The notes under the pieces: model-generated | Told to the model about the DNA's origin: nothing | Seen by the model: the letters and a program-made list of their open reading frames with translations, nothing else | Databases searched by the model: none | In this document: positions 8,018-13,409 of the stretch, one piece after another | Layout: each line of letters opens with the position of its first letter | How positions within the stretch are numbered: the first letter of the stretch is position 1 | Origin: Enterobacterales bacterium | Lineage (GTDB): Bacteria; Pseudomonadota; Gammaproteobacteria; Enterobacterales; Enterobacteriaceae | Assembly (NCBI GenBank): GCA_015654745.1 | Contig: JAATGH010000204.1 | Span: 1-13,409 of the forward strand | Direction: 5' to 3' | Length of the DNA stretch: 13,409 bases | Program-made: the position numbers and the translations under genes

Positions 8018-10019
8018 TTGGCGCGTCCGGTCGCTGCGGCGGCGGCGGTCCTAACGGCTGCTTTGCCTGGGGTTTGCCCACATCTGGACCCGCCGCGCCG
8101 GCATCGATCGGCGCGCTGAAATTTCTCAAATCAAGGGTGGGCGACGCGCCCGCGCTGATACGATGATCAAGCAGCAACATGGGCGTATTGGCCAGCGCCT
8201 GGCTAAGACGGCTGAAATAGGTCTCACTAAGAAAGGCTTGTCCGGCAGTTCGCCATGCCTGGCGTTGTGCGGTGAAACGCAGCTCCGCCGCGCGGGCGCC
8301 GGCGATATTCTCATGCGCACCCGCATCGGCCCGATCGGCGCGCATGCCGGCATCGAGCCGGGCGGCGCTGAGCAGCGCTGACGCATTGCCACCTTCGCGC
8401 GCAACCAGCGCCTGCGCCGCGATCTGCGCCGCCTGCACCCCATGGTAAGCATTGGCGGCTCCTGCCGGGGGATGGATAGCCTCAATGACGATGGCCAACA
8501 TTTCCACCCCGCTATTTAGGGCATCCAGCCGGTCTTGCACCTGACGGTGAATATTGTCGGCCAGACCCGCACGCTGGCTGCCCAACACGCCATCGAGCGT
8601 CAAAGACGCAAACTCGCGCACCAATATCTGATTGGCGGTGCTGCGGATTAACGAAGGAATATCGGCGCTGTTGTAGGCGGATGCCAGCGCCGCCGTATCG
8701 GTTAAACCGACGCGATAGATAAAACGCACATCCATATCGACGATCTGAAAGCTTTGCGCATTACCCATGTCGCTGGCAATAACCTGTGATTTCTCATTGC
8801 CGTGAACGCCATCCCACAGCCGGTTGGCGCTCTGTGGCGCGTCGCCTTCCGCCGCCACCGGCTCCTGATGCGCTTCCCCTGCCGCCACCAGCGTGGTCAG
8901 TTCATGCACTTCGCCATTTTCCACTGGCAATACGCGGCCGAACGGCCAGGGTAAACCCACATGCAGACCGGGAACCCATACCGCCGCGGGCTTGCCGAAA
9001 CGTTCATAAATACCGCGGCCGTTAACGGCGACTTCGCTAACGCCCGTCAGCATCCAGGCCACCAGCATCAATAGGATCAGCACCGGCGCAAACGCCCGCC
9101 GCATAAACGAAAAGGCCCAGACCTGGCGAAGATCGATACCAAAACGCTGCTTAATGTCCTCTTGTAGCGACGCCATAGATTGCGGCGGCCAACGCAGTTG
9201 GCCGGCGATAAAACTTGCGCCGATAAGCCGCGGCTCCTGACCAGGCCGTTGGGGATAAAAGAGGGAAAACAGCGCCCTGCCGGCGATTTCCAGCGCCACC
9301 AGCGCCGGTAATAGGCCGGTGAACATGGCCAGGTATGCCGGCCAGGGCAACGACGCGTCGGAAAACCATAAACAAAGCGCACACAACAGCGCCACGGCGA
9401 TCGCCACCCGGAGAAAGGGACCCAGGACCGCGGCCTCCGGCCACTCGGCTTCGGTGAGGGAGGCGAGGTAGCGCTCGAACAGCACTAAGGCAACGGCGGA
9501 CAAGAGCAGCAGGCCGGCGCCGACGTTAATCATCCTGCCGGGACCGGCGCTGGGTATGGCCAACCGCCATCCCAGAAAGACCATCAGCAACGCCAGCAGC
9601 GACAGCCCGATGATCCACAGCGCATCGGTGCCGACGCGCTGCCCATATTTTGCCAGGCGGTCAAGTCCGGCGCTCAGCCAGGTCAGTTTGGCCATACTGT
9701 CGACTACTGGGCCATCGGCGCCGCCCGCCGATGGCGCTGCCATAGACAGCAACGCGGCCGCCCGCCAGCGGGTCACGCCCCAGGCGGACTGAAACATCGC
9801 GATCAGCACCAGCAATACCGCGCTGATATTGCACAGGACCGGCAACCCTATTGAATCGGCGGCGTAAACATCAAACACCAGCGCGATGACGATCAACAGA
9901 CCACAAAGATTGCCCAACCCGAGCAGTAGCCAATACAGCCGCCGCGCCTGCCATTCAGCCTGCAGAAAACGCGGGAGCCGTGCCGGGCTCGCCTGCTCAT
10001 GCTCTGAATTATCGTCCAT
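7992..10019 (-). CDS. Fusion protein of about 675 aa. An N-terminal polytopic membrane domain of about 300 aa (roughly 6 TM, family not recognised) is followed by an SPFH/Band-7 domain and an Ala/Pro-rich C-terminal tail.
   Basis: SPFH core: SEVAVNGRGIYERFGKPAAVWVPGLHVGLPWPFGRV ... FQIVDMDVRFIYRV. The C-terminus is HflK-like and Ala-rich, ending in PPPPQRPDAPNGQ. I prefer the start ATG at 10019..10017, which has GGAG 5 nt upstream. The ORF-track ATG at 10079 has no SD. The 3' end overlaps the next SPFH gene's start by 26 nt. Confidence 0.65.
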   Translation of the reverse strand: MDDNSEHEQASPARLPRFLQAEWQARRLYWLLLGLGNLCGLLIVIALVFDVYAADSIGLPVLCNISAVLLVLIAMFQSAWGVTRWRAAALLSMAAPSAGGADGPVVDSMAKLTWLSAGLDRLAKYGQRVGTDALWIIGLSLLALLMVFLGWRLAIPSAGPGRMINVGAGLLLLSAVALVLFERYLASLTEAEWPEAAVLGPFLRVAIAVALLCALCLWFSDASLPWPAYLAMFTGLLPALVALEIAGRALFSLFYPQRPGQEPRLIGASFIAGQLRWPPQSMASLQEDIKQRFGIDLRQVWAFSFMRRAFAPVLILLMLVAWMLTGVSEVAVNGRGIYERFGKPAAVWVPGLHVGLPWPFGRVLPVENGEVHELTTLVAAGEAHQEPVAAEGDAPQSANRLWDGVHGNEKSQVIASDMGNAQSFQIVDMDVRFIYRVGLTDTAALASAYNSADIPSLIRSTANQILVREFASLTLDGVLGSQRAGLADNIHRQVQDRLDALNSGVEMLAIVIEAIHPPAGAANAYHGVQAAQIAAQALVAREGGNASALLSAARLDAGMRADRADAGAHENIAGARAAELRFTAQRQAWRTAGQAFLSETYFSRLSQALANTPMLLLDHRISAGASPTLDLRNFSAPIDAGAAGPDVGKPQAKQPLGPPPPQRPDAPNGQSIDNQ

Positions 10020-10079
10020 GATCGCTCCGAAGCATGCCGGGGCGACATCCGCAACTTGCCATCGTTTGGCCAACGCCAT

Positions 10080-10236
10080 GAATACAGTGAACGCTGTGCA
10101 TTATAGGAGATCGTCGTGAGTATTTAGCGTAACTTTATAACATCACTAAATACCCGAAAACAGCTTTATTACCAAAACTATGTAACCATACATATAGTTA
10201 GGAACATGCTAGGTTTATGCCCGCCACGCATAAACG
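10080..10236 (-). promoter_or_regulatory. AT-rich 157-bp intergenic region upstream of the SPFH-SPFH-SPFH-ATPase cluster. Probable promoter region.
   Basis: A perfect TATAAT on the minus strand (plus coordinates 10105..10100) sits 20 nt before the ORF-track ATG at 10079 and about 80 nt before the SD-supported ATG at 10019. No good -35 or TG extension. AT-rich in an otherwise GC-rich locus. Confidence 0.3.
10214..10234. other. Perfect inverted repeat TTTATGC-N7-GCATAAA, 3 nt downstream of the ABC ATPase stop codon.
   Basis: Seen directly. The stem is 7 bp and AT-rich, and no U-tract follows on the minus-strand transcript. It is therefore not a canonical intrinsic terminator. It could be a weak hairpin or a protein-binding palindrome. 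Confidence 0.3.
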
Positions 10237-11016
10237 TTAAAGCATATGCCGCCGGGCTTCGACGCGCACCAGGTGCAGGATTTGCTGCTTGATCACAGTG
10301 TAGCCCGGCGCCTGCGCCAGGGTTTCGATATTCCGGTCCCGGCCGAAGGGTAAAATCACTTCATCGACTATTTTGCCCGGCCGCGCGGACATCACCAAAA
10401 TCCGATCGGCGAGAAACAGCGCCTCTTCCACATCGTGGGTAACAAATAAAATCGTCGTGCCGGTCTGCCGCCAGGCATCCCGCAACAGTTCCTGCATCAT
10501 CATTCGTGTTTGCGCGTCCAGCGCCCCAAAGGGTTCATCCATTAACAGCACCTCCGGGTCCGGCAGCCAGGCCCGAGCCAGGGCCACCCGCTGTTTCATC
10601 CCGCCGGACAGTTGCCATGGCGCATGCTGGCCAAAGCCGTCCAAACCCACCCGTGTGAGCCAATCGCCAGCCTGGGCATTGGCCTCGGCTTTCTTTAACC
10701 CGGCCATGCGCGGGCCAAAGGAGATATTGTCCAATACCGATAGCCAGGGAAAAAGATTGGGCTGCTGGAACACCATGCCACGACTCGGATGCGGGCCGCG
10801 CACCGGACGACCGGCGCAAAGGATCCGCCCCTGCTGCGCAAGGGTAAAACCGGCAATCAGGTTCAGTATGGTGGACTTACCGCAGCCGGAAGGGCCGAGC
10901 AGCACCACGAATTCACCTTGGTCCAAGGCGAGCGACACATCGTCCAGTACCCTCAGCGCCTGGGGTTGCCCGGAGAATGTCAGCGTGACGTGCTCCAGGG
11001 TAATATGCTGCGTCAT
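10237..11016 (-). CDS. ABC transporter ATP-binding protein of the NitT/TauT family (TauB/SsuB-like), about 260 aa.
   Basis: Walker A LLGPSGCGKST. Q-loop. ABC signature LSGGMKQRVALARA. Walker B LLMDEPFGALD. H-loop VTHD. The ORF-track 398-aa version is over-extended into the permease gene. The real start is the ATG at 11016..11014, which has GGAAGGA 4-5 nt upstream and forms an ATGA overlap with the permease stop. Confidence 0.85.
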   Translation of the reverse strand: MTQHITLEHVTLTFSGQPQALRVLDDVSLALDQGEFVVLLGPSGCGKSTILNLIAGFTLAQQGRILCAGRPVRGPHPSRGMVFQQPNLFPWLSVLDNISFGPRMAGLKKAEANAQAGDWLTRVGLDGFGQHAPWQLSGGMKQRVALARAWLPDPEVLLMDEPFGALDAQTRMMMQELLRDAWRQTGTTILFVTHDVEEALFLADRILVMSARPGKIVDEVILPFGRDRNIETLAQAPGYTVIKQQILHLVRVEARRHML

Positions 11017-11786
11017 GCGTCCTTCCCTGCCCAGGGTACTAGCCATTTTTGCAATCCCACAATCAGTAAATCCAGTAAATAGCCAATGGCGCCCAGCAGC
11101 AGGATGCCAATCATCACGATATCGGTGCGCAAATAGGCACTGGCGTTGATCACCATCCATCCTAAGCCCGAGGTAGCCGCCACCAGTTCGGCGGCAATCA
11201 GCGAGGTCCAACCGACGCCTATGGACAGCCGCACGCTGGTAAACAGCTCGGGCAACGTATCCGGCAGCACCACGCGCCAAAAAATCTGCCGACGGGAGGC
11301 GCCAAGGGTCTGCGCCACACGGATCCGGGCGCCCCCGATTCGCTCCACCGCGGCGGCGGCGCCCACCACTACGCTTAGGAACGTGGCGATAAAAATCAGG
11401 AAAAATTTCGACGACTCGCCGATACCCAGCCATACCACCGCTAATGGAATCAGGGCGATTTTAGGTAACGGCCGCAAAAACTGGACAAAGGGATTGAGCG
11501 CGGCGGCGATCGGCTGCGACAATCCCATCAGCAGGCCCAGGGGAATGCCGCAGGCGATGGCCACGGTAAAGGCGCTGAGCGCGCGTGCCAGGCTAATGGC
11601 AATATGCTGCCATAACGGTACCTGACGGTAGCCGTCATGGAGCAGCTCAACGGTGGTTTCAGCAATATCGGAGAGCGGAGGCAGCAATAAGGGGTCGACC
11701 CAATGGCGTACTCCGGCGACTTGCCACAGCAGAAAAAACAGCGTCACCGAGACGACGCTGATAGCAACATGATTAACCGCTTTCAT
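11013..11786 (-). CDS. ABC transporter permease of the TauC/SsuC family (binding-protein-dependent inner-membrane component), 257 aa.
   Basis: Six predicted TM helices and an EAA-like loop region (ALSAFTVAIACGIPLGLLMG...). It lies 8 nt downstream of the SBP gene and is ATGA-coupled to the ATPase gene. Confidence 0.8.
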   Translation of the reverse strand: MKAVNHVAISVVSVTLFFLLWQVAGVRHWVDPLLLPPLSDIAETTVELLHDGYRQVPLWQHIAISLARALSAFTVAIACGIPLGLLMGLSQPIAAALNPFVQFLRPLPKIALIPLAVVWLGIGESSKFFLIFIATFLSVVVGAAAAVERIGGARIRVAQTLGASRRQIFWRVVLPDTLPELFTSVRLSIGVGWTSLIAAELVAATSGLGWMVINASAYLRTDIVMIGILLLGAIGYLLDLLIVGLQKWLVPWAGKDA

Positions 11787-11794
11787 AAGTGTGG

Positions 11795-12805
11795 TTATTT
11801 ACCCGCGGCCTGGCGAATAAAACTCGAATCGATGGCGTCTTTCCAGGTGGTGGGGATATCGCGTTTACGCACATCACCGGTACTTTCCAGAAAATGGGCG
11901 GTTTTATCCACCGCTTGGCCAATGCCGCTGCGATCGGTATCGGTGCCGTCGCCCAGCCAGGCGGCGGTGCCCTGCTCGGCAATGGACGGATATTCCAGAC
12001 CCGCCAACGTATTGGTGGCGGTGCTTACCGGCGCGCCAACCTCCTTGGCGACGATAGCGGCGGCAGCCTCGGGATTGCGACGGAACTCATCGACTTTTTG
12101 CTGATGCACTTTGAGGAAATTGATTACCACCTGGGGATATTGTTGGGCGAACGCTTTGCGCACCACATAGTTGTTATAAATAAGATAACCATCTTTCTGC
12201 AGATCTTTGGTGGCAAATACCTGATGGCCGCCTGAGGCCTCCAGCTCTTGGGCGAAGGGCGCCCAAACATAACCGGCGTCGATATCGCCGCGTTTCCAGG
12301 CCGCCACCATTTCCGCCGGGCGCAGAGGGATCAGGGTGATTTTGCTGCGATCAAGCTTATGTACGGCGATCGCCGCTTCCAGCGCATACTGGGACGTGGA
12401 ATTAGGTGGATAACCTACCCGTTTGCCTTCTATATCCTGCAGCCGGTTGATACCCTGCTTGCCAATCAAACGTTCATAGGTGGCGATGACGCCGGACACG
12501 CCGACGATTTCCACCGGCAGCTTACGCACGATGCCGGCGGTGGCCGGGCTGGAGCCGAAGTTGGCAATATCGATGGCATCACTGGCGAAAAAATTCAGCG
12601 CATCGGCGCCCGAGGCGAACTGTACCCATTTAACGTGGGTGCCCAGCGCCTTTTCCAGCGAACCGTCCTTTTTGGCCAGCAGTATCACCTGCGAACCACC
12701 GCTATAGGCAATGCGCACTTCATCCGGCAGCGCCGCAGCGTGAGCCTGGGCCAAAGTGACCAATACACCGGCGGCGCCGAGTATGGCCGTCATTATTTTA
12801 CGCAT
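11795..12805 (-). CDS. Periplasmic substrate-binding protein of the taurine/aliphatic-sulfonate/nitrate (NMT1/TauA/SsuA) family, 336 aa.
   Basis: Sec signal peptide MRKIMTAILGAAGVLVTLAQAHA. AGGGGA Shine-Dalgarno 6 nt before the ATG at 12805. Motifs resemble E. coli TauA as I recall it: NFGSSP...PVEIV, AAWKRGDIDAGYVWAP, YVVRKAFAQQYPQVV. No tauD/ssuD-type oxygenase lies in the window, so the substrate is unassigned. Confidence 0.7.
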   Translation of the reverse strand: MRKIMTAILGAAGVLVTLAQAHAAALPDEVRIAYSGGSQVILLAKKDGSLEKALGTHVKWVQFASGADALNFFASDAIDIANFGSSPATAGIVRKLPVEIVGVSGVIATYERLIGKQGINRLQDIEGKRVGYPPNSTSQYALEAAIAVHKLDRSKITLIPLRPAEMVAAWKRGDIDAGYVWAPFAQELEASGGHQVFATKDLQKDGYLIYNNYVVRKAFAQQYPQVVINFLKVHQQKVDEFRRNPEAAAAIVAKEVGAPVSTATNTLAGLEYPSIAEQGTAAWLGDGTDTDRSGIGQAVDKTAHFLESTGDVRKRDIPTTWKDAIDSSFIRQAAGK

Positions 12806-13290
12806 TTATATCCCCTATAAAAAGATAACACATCGTTTTACCCTAAGGTATATTCTGGCGCACAGTATAAAGGCGCCGCGGTTCATTTATTTAGCTAATA
12901 TCTGGATGTTTATAGTGAATAATCGGCAATAAGGTTGAGTGATATAATAAATCCTGGTTTTTTGATTCTATATTGCGCAAAAAAAAATACGCACTGGGCA
13001 ACAACCCAACATCGGATTGAACATAAAAAAAGCAAGATATCAGCTAAAAACGCTCAGCCACATGAAAAATATATATTTTATTTTTATTTATTAGATATAA
13101 CAAAATAATCGAAACCATGGTCACTATATGATCACACCGCGGCATCGATTAATGTCACTTATCATAATGACTTAAAAAATAGAGCAAAAATCAACTATCG
13201 TTATGCGCTATTTTCATTTTAAGTTCAAATGCCTTGTAGTGTATGGTTTTGACCAGTCCAAGGGGAATGCTTATCTCATATGAGGTTAAA
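12806..13290. promoter_or_regulatory. Divergent 485-bp AT-rich intergenic region between the TauA-like transporter operon (minus) and the M20 amidohydrolase gene (plus).
   Basis: Composition drops sharply from about 60% GC to very AT-rich, for example 13050-13110 atgaaaaatatatattttatttttatttattagatataacaaaataatcg. Contains A9 and T-runs. It must hold both divergent promoters. No ORF larger than 16 codons. No specific operator recognised. Confidence 0.4.
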
Positions 13291-13409
13291 ATGACAATTG
13301 ATAACGCAATTCAACGCATTGATGAGTCCATCGACCGACACCAGGATAACTATATTGCCATCAGTAAGGATATTCACGCCCATCCGGAAACCGGCAATAA
13401 TGAATATTA
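13291..13409 (+). CDS. N-terminal 39 codons of a probable M20-family amidohydrolase/peptidase (HipO/AbgB-like). The gene continues beyond the window.
   Basis: ATG at 13291 with GAGGT 5 nt upstream. Translation: MTIDNAIQRIDESIDRHQDNYIAISKDIHAHPETGNNEY. The IHxHPE(x)4E stretch is the typical N-terminal motif of M20D amidohydrolases. Only a fragment is visible. Confidence 0.4.
   Translation, partial: MTIDNAIQRIDESIDRHQDNYIAISKDIHAHPETGNNEY

Noticed and set aside
7545-8166. Plus-strand ORFs encoding SWSWSW..., HGHGHG... and VMVMVM... repeats.
   Set aside because: These are the other reading frames of the (TCATGG)12 microsatellite. The minus-strand (HD)n frame is contiguous with a recognisable SPFH domain, so these are frame artefacts.
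10373-11149. 258-aa plus-strand ORF, and similar long plus-strand ORFs (12248..12820, 3824..4399, 4534..4935, 4628..5065, 2266..2649, 1807..2109, 5956..6330, 6510..7043, 11146..11625).
   Set aside because: All lie antisense within well-supported minus-strand genes that have clear family motifs. Their products are Arg/Pro/Ala-rich low-complexity sequence typical of shadow ORFs in GC-rich DNA.
12858-12890. GGCGC-N11-GCGCC inverted repeat followed by TTCATTTATTT as a plus-strand terminator or sRNA 3' end.
   Set aside because: 5-bp stem with an 11-nt loop and no upstream plus-strand gene. Too weak to call.
13062-13190. Tiny ORFs (10-16 codons, for example MKNIYFIFIY and MITPRHRLMSLIIMT) as leader peptides.
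   Set aside because: No Shine-Dalgarno, very AT-rich context, and no supporting attenuator structure. Most likely chance ORFs.

Overview
GC-rich (about 57-60% by eye) chromosomal DNA of Enterobacterales type. The secreted GH28 pectinase and the MurP-like PTS suggest a plant- or insect-associated relative such as Dickeya, Brenneria or Sodalis, but this is a low-confidence guess. Ten of the eleven genes are on the minus strand. From left to right the window holds: a secreted GH28 polygalacturonase that runs off the 5' edge; a MurP-like PTS EIIBC permease; a DUF1460 (NlpC/P60-fold) lipoprotein; a tightly coupled four-gene cluster; a TauABC/SsuABC-family ABC importer (SBP-permease-ATPase); a 485-bp AT-rich divergent intergenic region; and the 5' end of an M20-type amidohydrolase on the plus strand. 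The four-gene cluster is the most unusual content. It encodes three SPFH (HflK/HflC-like) paralogs: the first is fused to an unidentified six-TM domain, the second carries an N-terminal (His-Asp)12 tract and is interrupted by a single in-frame TAA. These are followed by a short, HMA-less, His-tailed P1B-type heavy-metal ATPase. The genes are joined by 26-nt, GTGA and ATGA overlaps. I do not know of a described system with this SPFH-cage plus metal-pump architecture. All minus-strand calls were made by manual reverse-complement translation. Several ORF-track N-termini are over-extended and were corrected using Shine-Dalgarno evidence and stop/start overlaps.
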